Assembly (NCBI GenBank): GCA_049642465.1
Contig: JBAROV010000050.1
Location: forward strand, 6,857-70,856
Length of the DNA stretch: 64,000 nt
Direction: 5' to 3'
DNA from: Vicinamibacterales bacterium
Lineage (GTDB): Bacteria > Acidobacteriota > Vicinamibacteria > Vicinamibacterales > 2-12-FULL-66-21
Below, one piece after another: positions 9,679 to 17,870 of the stretch (position 1 is the stretch's first letter; every line of letters begins with the position of its first letter). Below the pieces are notes generated by a model. The model was given only the letters and a program-made list of their open reading frames with translations, was not told the origin of the DNA and searched no databases. Made by a program: the position numbers and the translations under genes.

Positions 9679-10539
9679 TCACCTCACCACCTCGACGGGC
9701 CGCAGCTTGCGTTCGATGACCAGGACAAGCACAAGAACGAATCCAGCCAGCGCCAACAGGGAGGCCCCGACGCCCGGGCCGTCGGGCGGCTCCACTGCCA
9801 GCAGCGCGCACCACACGCGGTTGACCGCCCATGCCGGATCCAGCACGTGCCCCCACGTGACGCGAAAGATCTCGTCGATCATCTCGGACACGCCGGCGAG
9901 GATGAAGAAGAAGGCGAGGCTCACCGCGCCGGCCACGACCCTCCACTTCACATACGCGGAAGTGGCGATCGCCACCAGGCTCAGCACCAGCAACCATAGA
10001 AGGAACCCGACCACCATGCCGGCACCGAGCGTCCAGTTTGCGAGGAACCACCAGCCGCCGGCGAGGCCCACCTGCAGCGCGAACAGTAAGAGGCCGGGAA
10101 TCCACGTCACGACCGAGAGCATGCCGACGATGACGGTCAGGCGCGCCAGGGCGTAGCTCCAGCGTGTGAGGGGTCGGCTGAAGTACAGCGGCAGGGCGTT
10201 GTTCGCGAGGTCTGGCGCAATAAGGCCGGGGCCTGCCAGCGCTGCCAGGAAGACGGCGAAGCCCGCCTGGACGTACATGAAGATCGAGAAGAACCTGCCG
10301 TTAACCTGGATGAACTCGAGAAACTCTTTGTCGAGCCCCTGGAGCAGGTCCACATGATTGGTGAGATAGATGAAGCCGGCGCACAGGAGAGGCCAGACGA
10401 ACGACACCATCGTGAGTAGAAGAACCAGCCTCTGCTCATACAGCCTTCGCCACGCGTAGCGGGGCAGGACCATGAACCGCGTCCAGCGCCCCGTGAGGGG
10501 GCCCGCGTACCGCTGATATCCGCGCTTGTAGACCGCCAT
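9679..10539 (-). CDS. ABC transporter permease
   Basis: MAVYKRGYQRYAGPLTGRW, then about six TM segments. Start abuts the stop of the upstream ATPase gene. Confidence 0.7.
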   Translation of the reverse strand: MAVYKRGYQRYAGPLTGRWTRFMVLPRYAWRRLYEQRLVLLLTMVSFVWPLLCAGFIYLTNHVDLLQGLDKEFLEFIQVNGRFFSIFMYVQAGFAVFLAALAGPGLIAPDLANNALPLYFSRPLTRWSYALARLTVIVGMLSVVTWIPGLLLFALQVGLAGGWWFLANWTLGAGMVVGFLLWLLVLSLVAIATSAYVKWRVVAGAVSLAFFFILAGVSEMIDEIFRVTWGHVLDPAWAVNRVWCALLAVEPPDGPGVGASLLALAGFVLVLVLVIERKLRPVEVVR

Positions 10540-11592
10540 TTAGGTGCGATTGACTTCGACGGATACGTTTTCCCCAGGCGTATGAGCCAGGTGACCCATG
10601 GCTTTCAGGAAGATCTCCTCCAGCGTGTCTCGACGGTGAGTGAGCTTCCTAACCAGCAGGTTCTGCCGATCGGCGAGCCCCCAGATGGCTTCGACTTCGA
10701 CCCCCGCCGGCAGGACGATACGCCAGCGCCCTCCACCTTCGGACACGCCCTCTGCTCCGATCTCCGGCAGGGCCATCCGCAGGTTCCGATCGTCGCCGGT
10801 CACCTCGAGCTCTACGAAAGACCGGTTCGACCGCCGCTCTTCTTCGAGATTGCAATGGTGCACGATCGCGCCGTCCTTCAGGATGACCGCCTCGTCGCAC
10901 ACCTGCTCGATGTCGGGAAGCAAATGAGAGCAGACGAGCACGTTCATCCCTTGCTCCGTCTTCATATCGGCGACGAGCTTGAGCATCCGCCGGCGCGCGG
11001 CCGGATCGAGCCCGTTGGTCGGCTCGTCCAGAACCACCAGCTCGGGTCCGTGGACGATCGCCTGCGCGAGCTTGGCCATCTGCTTCATCCCGTACGAGTA
11101 GGTCCGCAGCTCGCGGTAGCGCGACTCGCCGAGCCCCACATGGAACAGGACCTCGTGCGCCTTCTCGAGCGCCGCCTTTGGAGGAAGGCCAGATAGTTCC
11201 GCCATCTGCCGCAAGAAGGTGACTGCCGTCATCTCGCCGACGAACGAGTCGTTCTCGGGCATGTACCCGATCCTCGATCGAGCCTCGCCCATGTTGCTGC
11301 GGCAGTCCATGCCCAGGATACGAGCGCGACCCGCACTGGGCTTGAGGAATCCAAGCAGTGTCAGGATCAGCGTGGACTTGCCCGCCCCGTTGGGCCCGAG
11401 CAATCCCACTGCTTTTCCTGTCCCCGAAACGCCGAGACGGCAGGTGATCCCGTGGAGGATCTCCCGCCGTCCCAACTTGACCTTGAGGTTCTCGAGTTCA
11501 ACGACTGGTGTCTTGTCCAATCCGCAATCGCTCGAGGGGTCAGATCTTGTTTCTTGCACGATTGTCCTCTTTCCTAGAAAAGGGACAACCAT
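10540..11592 (-). CDS. ABC transporter ATP-binding protein
   Basis: GPNGAGKSTL, YSYGMKQMAKLA and VVLDEPTNGLD. An alternative start at GTG 11559 has a better RBS (AAGAGGA). Both starts lie inside the hairpin 11536-11614. Confidence 0.9.
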   Translation of the reverse strand: MVVPFLGKRTIVQETRSDPSSDCGLDKTPVVELENLKVKLGRREILHGITCRLGVSGTGKAVGLLGPNGAGKSTLILTLLGFLKPSAGRARILGMDCRSNMGEARSRIGYMPENDSFVGEMTAVTFLRQMAELSGLPPKAALEKAHEVLFHVGLGESRYRELRTYSYGMKQMAKLAQAIVHGPELVVLDEPTNGLDPAARRRMLKLVADMKTEQGMNVLVCSHLLPDIEQVCDEAVILKDGAIVHHCNLEEERRSNRSFVELEVTGDDRNLRMALPEIGAEGVSEGGGRWRIVLPAGVEVEAIWGLADRQNLLVRKLTHRRDTLEEIFLKAMGHLAHTPGENVSVEVNRT

Positions 11593-11614
11593 GCAAGAAA
11601 CAAGATCTGACCCC
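11536..11614 (-). promoter_or_regulatory. perfect 23-bp inverted repeat (33-nt spacer) between the anti-sigma stop and the ABC start
   Basis: 11536-11558 GGGGTCAGATCTTGTTTCTTGCA is the exact reverse complement of 11592-11614. The spacer holds an inner imperfect palindrome TTGTCC...GGACAA. No U-run follows on the minus strand. Confidence 0.85.
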
Positions 11615-11619
11615 CCAAT

Positions 11620-14109
11620 TTAGAAGTTCGCGCGGCCCAGGCTTTCGATCAGCATCATGTCCACGATAAGCCCCGTTACACGAGTCCGGCTCGCTGCGTG
11701 GATTTGTTCCGGCGTTCCATCGAACACGACGAGAATCGGATCGCGCTCGGCGACGAGTTCCCGGAGCGCCGGGCTCGAGCTCAGCGCCGACAGGATTCCG
11801 AGAGCCCCCTTCGCGTTCAGCCAGACGAACGCGGACGGATGGAGTCCGGCGGACGAGGGGAGCTGGCCGAGGAACGCGGGCGACCAGACGAGCGGCGATC
11901 CGCCGTTCCGCGTCGCGATGGCACGCTCCGCGACGCCGCGATCGGAGGCTGCCACCATGTAGCCGCCATCGTAAGTCCAGGTGATGCCGAGCGGAAGTCC
12001 TCCAGGTTTCATCGTGCTCCAGGTCCGTCCGCCCGCGCTCTCCTGCTCGAACACGATCCGCTTGCCCTGCTCGTCGGGCCCAAGCTCCGCGTTGAACGCT
12101 TCCACCAGCTTCTGGAGGGAACTGTCGATGACGGTCGGGTTGTTCACAACGCTCGCTATGACCCATGTCGGACCGCTGGCCGAGAGTCCAGTCACCGCCA
12201 ACGCCGCTTCGGTCCCCAACGCGGCGGTCAGGTTCTGGATGAAACCGGCGCCGAGCTTTTCCTCCAGCGTGGCCAGACCCCTTTCGAAGTCCGGCTCCGC
12301 CCTGGTCAGCTGCGCAGTGAACTCCTCGAACAACTGCAAGGGCTCGCGCGTCGACACGTAGCCGGCGAGGAGCGCATCGACCGGGAGATACTCCGCCGCG
12401 CCCCCGGAGCCGGCGTCAGCCAGCCACGACCCCATTCCCGTTCGTGCCCCCTGGAACGCGAACGTTACCTCGTTCTCTTCCGCTCCCGCTGGAGCACGCT
12501 GCTCGAGGAAGAGGTACTTCATCCCGATCATGCCGGCAAGCTCGATTGGCGGCGCATCGTCACCGGACGCCGCCGAGACTAATGGGGGCGCATCGATCCC
12601 GATAAGCCAGCCCACGCCGCGCCGGTACCGCTCTCCGATCGCTGCAGCGAACGGCGACCCGGCGCCCTGCCCCAGGTGAGCGAGGGCCCACGCCAGGTGC
12701 GACGGCGAATCTGAAACCACCATCAGGTCGTCAGAAACCGAAAACGGTGGGGAAGATTCGCCCGCCTCGGCGAAAAGCGCGTTCATGGCGCTCGTGAGCT
12801 CCGCACTTCTGCCGGGCTGCACCCGGGCCATCACCATCGGCACGGGCTCGTTGCCTGTGGGGATGCTGGCAGAGAGGACGATTTCGTCCCCGAGCAGCGG
12901 GCTCACCGACTGGACGCGATCCGCAAGTTGTCTCAACAGCCGTCCTGTTTCCGAATTCCACCAAGCCCCGAACGTCGCGTTCTGCGCCGACTGCTCCTCG
13001 GCAAGGGCCAGGGCGCGGGCGAACGTGACGCCCGGATTCGGGACGGTGCCGTAGACGACTGCCCCTCCGGGAAGATACGAGAGCAGGGCCGAGTTGGTGC
13101 GCAGCTCCGCGGGGAAATTCGCCAGCTCGCGTTCGATCTTCGCGAACGACCGGAGCAGCTCCAGGTAGGACTCCGCGTCGGGGCTCCATGAGACGGCTGT
13201 CGCGACCGAGCTCGCGAGCGCCGGGATCGAAGCGGCCTGCTCGCCGGGCCTGAGGACCACTTCCCTTCCGGGTTGGTTCACCGCCACCGATCCCTCGACC
13301 ACCGAGACCACCGAGCCGCCCATACCAGCGGACACCGCGAAGACGGTTCCCTTCACCGAAGCGATCGAATCGCGGGTCAGCACTCGAAGGTGGCCCCTGC
13401 GTTGTTTGGCGGCCTTGACGATGATGTCGCCGCGCTGGAGGTGAACCGCCTGGCCGCTCCAGGCGGCGGTGACGAACAGCTCCGTTCGCTCGTTGACATC
13501 CACCACCGAACCGTCGGCGAGCCGCAACACCGCGTGCGCTCCGGGGCCCGTGCGGATCGAATCCCGCTCGCCGATGACGGCGCCTGTTTCGAGAGAGCCC
13601 TCCGCCTTCGCACCTCGCGCTTCCACCTTCGCGCTGCGCGCTCCGGCGGACGAGTCGGTGGACAAGGCGGCCAGGCGGTAGAGGCCGCCGTCGGCGGAAA
13701 CGACCGTGGCGCGCGGGCCGCCGGGAGCCATCATAGTGTCGATCGCGCCGCGGCCGAGATACAGGACCGACAGAACCAGTGCGGCTGCTGCCGCCAGCGC
13801 TCCGCGCTGCACCCAGCGCGAGGAAGACCGCACCGGCATCGCGACGACCGTCCTCTCGCCCTTCATTTCGGCGATCCGGGCGCGACAAGCGGGGCAGCGG
13901 CTGAGATGATCTTCCACGAGGATGCGGCGGCTGCCGCCCAGCTCTGTGCCCAGATACGCGCGGAAGTCCTGCCGAAACTCCGCACACGTGGCGCTGCCGG
14001 CGCTCGTCACGTTCTGCCAGACGCGCGCCCGCGCCGCCTCGAGCGTGCCACCGTCCACGCCTTCCTCTTTCATCTGCTGTAGTGCTCGTTCGAGACGCTC
14101 TTCGGACAT
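11620..14109 (-). CDS. anti-sigma factor (zf-HC2 + TM + FecR domain) with ~550 aa periplasmic C-terminal extension
   Basis: HLSRCPACRARIAEMKG (zf-HC2), a TM segment ALAAAAALVLSVLYL, FecR-like IRTGPGAHAVLRLADGSVVDVNERTELFV...GTVFAV, then a long C-terminal domain I could not assign. Confidence 0.8.
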   Translation of the reverse strand: MSEERLERALQQMKEEGVDGGTLEAARARVWQNVTSAGSATCAEFRQDFRAYLGTELGGSRRILVEDHLSRCPACRARIAEMKGERTVVAMPVRSSSRWVQRGALAAAAALVLSVLYLGRGAIDTMMAPGGPRATVVSADGGLYRLAALSTDSSAGARSAKVEARGAKAEGSLETGAVIGERDSIRTGPGAHAVLRLADGSVVDVNERTELFVTAAWSGQAVHLQRGDIIVKAAKQRRGHLRVLTRDSIASVKGTVFAVSAGMGGSVVSVVEGSVAVNQPGREVVLRPGEQAASIPALASSVATAVSWSPDAESYLELLRSFAKIERELANFPAELRTNSALLSYLPGGAVVYGTVPNPGVTFARALALAEEQSAQNATFGAWWNSETGRLLRQLADRVQSVSPLLGDEIVLSASIPTGNEPVPMVMARVQPGRSAELTSAMNALFAEAGESSPPFSVSDDLMVVSDSPSHLAWALAHLGQGAGSPFAAAIGERYRRGVGWLIGIDAPPLVSAASGDDAPPIELAGMIGMKYLFLEQRAPAGAEENEVTFAFQGARTGMGSWLADAGSGGAAEYLPVDALLAGYVSTREPLQLFEEFTAQLTRAEPDFERGLATLEEKLGAGFIQNLTAALGTEAALAVTGLSASGPTWVIASVVNNPTVIDSSLQKLVEAFNAELGPDEQGKRIVFEQESAGGRTWSTMKPGGLPLGITWTYDGGYMVAASDRGVAERAIATRNGGSPLVWSPAFLGQLPSSAGLHPSAFVWLNAKGALGILSALSSSPALRELVAERDPILVVFDGTPEQIHAASRTRVTGLIVDMMLIESLGRANF

Positions 14110-14118
14110 CGCTCACCC

Positions 14119-14156
14119 CTTACCAGTCTTGACGCACGAGGAGGACGACTATTACA
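14119..14156 (-). promoter_or_regulatory. 38-bp leader/promoter-like element, copy A (upstream of anti-sigma gene)
   Basis: Minus strand reads TGTAATAGTCGTCCTCCTCGTGCGTCAAGACTGGTAAG. It matches copy B at 36/38 positions and ends exactly 9 nt before ATG 14109. Confidence 0.7.
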
Positions 14157-14163
14157 AAGGAGA

Positions 14164-14691
14164 CTAACGTTCCATCTCGCCCTGCAGCCGCTGCCGGATC
14201 CGGTGGAGCCTGACCGCGACGTTGTTTTTCTCAATCTCGAACATCCCGGCCAGCTCTTCGATCGACAGCCCTTCGACGTGCCGCAGCAGGAACAGGCTGG
14301 CGTCCTCGCTCTCCAGGGAGGCGATGGCGCGCCGAAGCTGCTCCTTCAGCAGCACAGGGGTGGAGACGAGGGCGTGCGGCGCCCGGTCGTCGTACACCGA
14401 CTCGGCACGAAGCGTCCGGCGGCGCAGCACGTCGACAGCCGCATTGACGGCGGCGCGCCGGAAGTAAGCCGCCGGCAGCGCAACGTTCTCGATGTCTCCA
14501 CCCTGAGCCAGGGCGCGCAGGAAGACCGTCTGCAGGACGTCCTCGGCGTCGGCCGGATTCCCGGTGACGCGCAGGGCCGCGCGGAATACCGCCTCGTAAT
14601 GGCGGTCGTACAGTTCGGCAAACCCTGCCAGCGCAGTCGTGGAAGTCATGGGGATCCGCAGCCCGTCGATTTGCGCGCTGGCTGTGGGCAC
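14164..14691 (-). CDS. ECF-type RNA polymerase sigma-70 factor
   Basis: Region 2 ELYDRHYEAVFRAALRVTGNPADAEDVLQTVFLRAL and region 4 SIEELAGMFEIEKNNVAVRLHRIRQRL. GTG start at 14691. Confidence 0.9.
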   Translation of the reverse strand: MPTASAQIDGLRIPMTSTTALAGFAELYDRHYEAVFRAALRVTGNPADAEDVLQTVFLRALAQGGDIENVALPAAYFRRAAVNAAVDVLRRRTLRAESVYDDRAPHALVSTPVLLKEQLRRAIASLESEDASLFLLRHVEGLSIEELAGMFEIEKNNVAVRLHRIRQRLQGEMER

Positions 14692-14700
14692 TTTGTCCGC

Positions 14701-14738
14701 CTTACCAGCCTTGACGCACGAGGAGGCCGACTATTACA
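14701..14738 (-). promoter_or_regulatory. 38-bp leader/promoter-like element, copy B (upstream of ECF sigma gene)
   Basis: Minus strand reads TGTAATAGTCGGCCTCCTCGTGCGTCAAGGCTGGTAAG and ends exactly 9 nt before GTG 14691. It contains TGTAAT-N16-CGTC spacing reminiscent of ECF promoters. Confidence 0.7.
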
Positions 14739-15136
14739 TGTCGGCCCCGGAAGCGCGAGAGCCGCAGGACGGCCCGAGCCGCAAGATCCTCGAGGTTGCG
14801 TTTCATGTCCGGCCCTCGCGCGAAGTCGCCGACACCTCAGCGGGACTGCGTCATTCTTTCACCCCAAAAACGTCGTCCACGCAAAAAGTTCTGAGTTTTG
14901 GCGCGTCACACGTTCGAGACGCCCGAGCTCATCGGCAATCGACCCGCATGGACGCCACTCCGATCGGTCGGTGCCAACCGTGGCAACTATCTTGCCCCTC
15001 GTTACCGACGAAGACCCTGCTTCAGACGTGGTGAGCGTGTGCGCCGGCTTACATCGGCCCGCGGACACGAGACGCTGGAGGTGTGCGTTGCCGACGGTAC
15101 AGGGGCCGCGCGCTTGCCGAGCTGACAGGAGCTGTG

Positions 15137-17830
15137 GTGACGAACGAGCGAGTATGGATTGGGCGGGTGGTCATTTGTCTTGGGTTGATTTCGGCGATGG
15201 CGTCGCTCGCGGGCGCGCAAGCGCTCCCGGTGCCGTGGGTCAACACGGACATCGGCAGTCCCAACGTCGCGGGCGCTGCCAGCGTGTCGGGCGGGACGTT
15301 CACGGTGACCGGCGGAGGCACGGACATCTGGGGCACGTCGGATCAATTTCAGTTCATGTACCAGCCAGTGGACGGCGACATGGAGATCGTCGCGAGGGTC
15401 GACAGCATCGAACAGAGGCACCAATGGTCCAAAGCCGGCGTCATGATCCGCGCGGCTCTGACACCGGGGTCTTCCCACGCGTTCATGACAGGAAGCGCCG
15501 CAAAGGGCTGGGCATTTCAATCTCGCCTCGTCACGGGCGGATCCTCCGTCAGTACGCCAGGGTCGTTCGCCAATCCACCTGGCTGGGTGAAGCTCGTTCG
15601 GAGCGGCGACACTTTCCGTGGGTACGAATCGATCGACGGCTCGACGTGGGTGCTCGTCGGCACCGAAACTGTTCAAATGGCGCAGACCGTGTACGTCGGC
15701 CTGGCCGTCACGAGCCACAATTCGCGGAGGGCGGCGAGGGCCACCTTCACGAACGTGACCGTCGTTTCCACACAACCCGCGAATCAGCCGCCGACCGTGA
15801 CGCTGATCGGTCCCGCCTCCGGTACGACATACACGGCTCCCGCGACCGTCACGTTCCAGGCGACGGTTGGTGATACCGACGGAACGATCAGCCGGGTCGA
15901 TTTCTACGCTGGCGCGCAGCTGATCCTGAGCGACACAACGAGTCCCTACGGCGCGACATGGAATAACGTCCCCGCCGGCACCTACGACCTCACTGCGGTT
16001 GCGACCGATAACGGCGGGGCGGCGACGACTTCCTCCACGGCCCGCGTGACGGTCAACGCGCCGACCAACCAGTCACCAAGCGTCTCGATCACCAGTCCAA
16101 CAAACGGGGCGTCGTACACGGCCCCCGCGACGGTGACGGTCAACGCCAACGCAACGGACGCCGACGGCACGGTAACGCGGGTCGACTTCTATCGAGGCTC
16201 GACGCTCATCGCGAGCGACACAACCTCGCCGTACAGCGTCACCTGGAGCAGCGCGCCGGCGGGCACGTATGCATTGACCGCCGTGGCGTTCGACAATGCC
16301 GGGGCCTCGGCCTCGTCGGCTGCCGTGAACATCACGGTCAGCACCGCGCCGTCCGCTCCAGCGCCGGTCGCCTTCGTGCAGCGGGCGGGCATCGACGCCG
16401 GCAGCACGACCTCGGCCAGCCTCACGTTTCCATCCGCCAACACGGCGGGGAATTTCATTGTCGTGGCCATCCGTGCCGGCAGTCTCGACCAGGTATTCAC
16501 GATCACCGATACCGTCGGCAATCAGTATCGGAAGGCCACACAGTTCAACGTCACGCGCGACGGTGTGTCACTGGCAGTTTTCTATGCCGAGAACATCATC
16601 GGCGGAACCAACACCGTCAGAGTCGCGGACTCGAAGTCGGGAACCCTGCGGTTTTCGATCCTGGAGTATGCGGGGGTGGCGACGACCGGTTCGCTTAACG
16701 TATCGGCGGCTGCCGAAGGCAGCGGCACCGCTCCGAACAGCGGGACCGCCACGACCACGACCGACGGCGCCCTGCTGATCGGCATCATCATGACAGCGAA
16801 TCCCGCCACCGTGACGGCTGGCAGTGGCTACACGATCCGCAGCGCCGTACCCGGCACGACCAACGCCAAGCTCGTCGTCGAGGATCGCGTGCAATCAACG
16901 GCGGGACCGGCCGGAGCGACCGCAACCCTGGGGATCACCGACGTCTGGGGTGCTGTATTCGCGGCCTTCAGAGTTGGCACAGCCACGCAACAACCCCCGG
17001 GCACCCCTACTTCTCCGAGCCCTTCGAATGGCTCCTCCATCACTGGGACGACGGCGACGCTCTCATGGACGGCAGCGGGGGCAACCACCTACGACGTGCG
17101 GTTTGGCACGACCAGCAGCCCACCACTTGTCGCGACCAACCTGACGTCGCCCACCCATGCGAGGTCAGGACTCACCAGCAATACGACTTACTTCTGGCAG
17201 ATTGTGGCTCGTAACACCGCTGGAACGACTACGGGCCCCGTCTGGAGTTTTACGACGGCGGCGACGACGAACCAGCCACCAACCGTATCGATCACGAGTC
17301 CAGCCAACGGCGCTTCGTACACGGCACCAGCGACGGTTACCATCAACGCCAACGCAACGGACGCCGACGGCACGGTGACGCGGGTCGACTTCTATCGAGG
17401 ATCGACGCTCATCGGCAGCGACACGACCTCGCCGTACAGCGTCTCCTGGAACAACGTGGCCGCCGGGACCTACGCCCTCACCGCGGTGGCCGTCGATAAC
17501 GCCGGTGCATCGACGACGTCTGCGACGGTCAATGTGACCGTGAGCAGCACGGCGCTCCTGCCGACGAAGGTCGCCTTCACGCCATCAGCGGATCACGCCA
17601 CCGCAGTGACGTCGTACTCGGTCGCCATTCGGCGCGCCACCGACCCCGTCACCGCGACACCGGTCGCGACCAAGAACCTCGGGAAACCCGCGCCGGTGAA
17701 CAACGAGATCACAGTCGACATCTCGGACATCGTCAATCCGCTCTCTGCCGGCTCGTATTACGCGGTGGTCACAGCGATCGGTGCGGGAGGTGCATCCGAG
17801 AGCACGCCGTCAGGATCCTTCACTCGATGA
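15137..17830 (+). CDS. large secreted multidomain protein (ConA/LamG-like N-domain, 3 Ig-like repeats, unassigned beta-rich domain, FN3, C-terminal domain)
   Basis: Signal-like VVICLGLISAMASLAGAQA. Three ~90-aa repeats of the form NQPPTV.I..P..G..YTAPATV...A...D.DGT..RVDFY.G...I..DTTSPY...W...PAGTY.LTAVA.DN.GA. FN3-like LSWTAAGATTYDVRFGT...TTYFWQIVARN. Start is uncertain (GTG 15134/15137 after AGGAG; listed ORF starts at 15083). Confidence 0.8.
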   Translation: MTNERVWIGRVVICLGLISAMASLAGAQALPVPWVNTDIGSPNVAGAASVSGGTFTVTGGGTDIWGTSDQFQFMYQPVDGDMEIVARVDSIEQRHQWSKAGVMIRAALTPGSSHAFMTGSAAKGWAFQSRLVTGGSSVSTPGSFANPPGWVKLVRSGDTFRGYESIDGSTWVLVGTETVQMAQTVYVGLAVTSHNSRRAARATFTNVTVVSTQPANQPPTVTLIGPASGTTYTAPATVTFQATVGDTDGTISRVDFYAGAQLILSDTTSPYGATWNNVPAGTYDLTAVATDNGGAATTSSTARVTVNAPTNQSPSVSITSPTNGASYTAPATVTVNANATDADGTVTRVDFYRGSTLIASDTTSPYSVTWSSAPAGTYALTAVAFDNAGASASSAAVNITVSTAPSAPAPVAFVQRAGIDAGSTTSASLTFPSANTAGNFIVVAIRAGSLDQVFTITDTVGNQYRKATQFNVTRDGVSLAVFYAENIIGGTNTVRVADSKSGTLRFSILEYAGVATTGSLNVSAAAEGSGTAPNSGTATTTTDGALLIGIIMTANPATVTAGSGYTIRSAVPGTTNAKLVVEDRVQSTAGPAGATATLGITDVWGAVFAAFRVGTATQQPPGTPTSPSPSNGSSITGTTATLSWTAAGATTYDVRFGTTSSPPLVATNLTSPTHARSGLTSNTTYFWQIVARNTAGTTTGPVWSFTTAATTNQPPTVSITSPANGASYTAPATVTINANATDADGTVTRVDFYRGSTLIGSDTTSPYSVSWNNVAAGTYALTAVAVDNAGASTTSATVNVTVSSTALLPTKVAFTPSADHATAVTSYSVAIRRATDPVTATPVATKNLGKPAPVNNEITVDISDIVNPLSAGSYYAVVTAIGAGGASESTPSGSFTR
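16067..16335 (+). repeat. intragenic Ig-like domain repeat R2 (DNA-level repeat of 17270-17535)
   Basis: Long near-identical stretches, e.g. AACGCCAACGCAACGGACGCCGACGGCACGGT[A/G]ACGCGGGTCGACTTCTATCGAGG in both copies. A more diverged copy R1 lies at about 15781-16053. Confidence 0.8.
17270..17535 (+). repeat. intragenic Ig-like domain repeat R3
   Basis: See 16067-16335. The copies are offset by about 1203 bp in the same frame. Confidence 0.8.
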
Positions 17831-17870
17831 TGCACGTGAGTCGGCATGGAGCGGGCGATGTAGCTAGCTG

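Noticed and set aside
14740-15136. Possible ECF-type promoter for the large secreted protein (GTCATT...CGTC near 14850-14880).
   Set aside because: Only a weak resemblance to the 38-bp element. The spacing and the -35 do not match well enough to report.
15781-17535. Regularly spaced ~270-bp repeats that could be mistaken for a repeat array or CRISPR.
   Set aside because: They are in-frame Ig-like domain repeats inside one long CDS. No short direct repeats with unique spacers exist anywhere in the window, and no cas genes are present.
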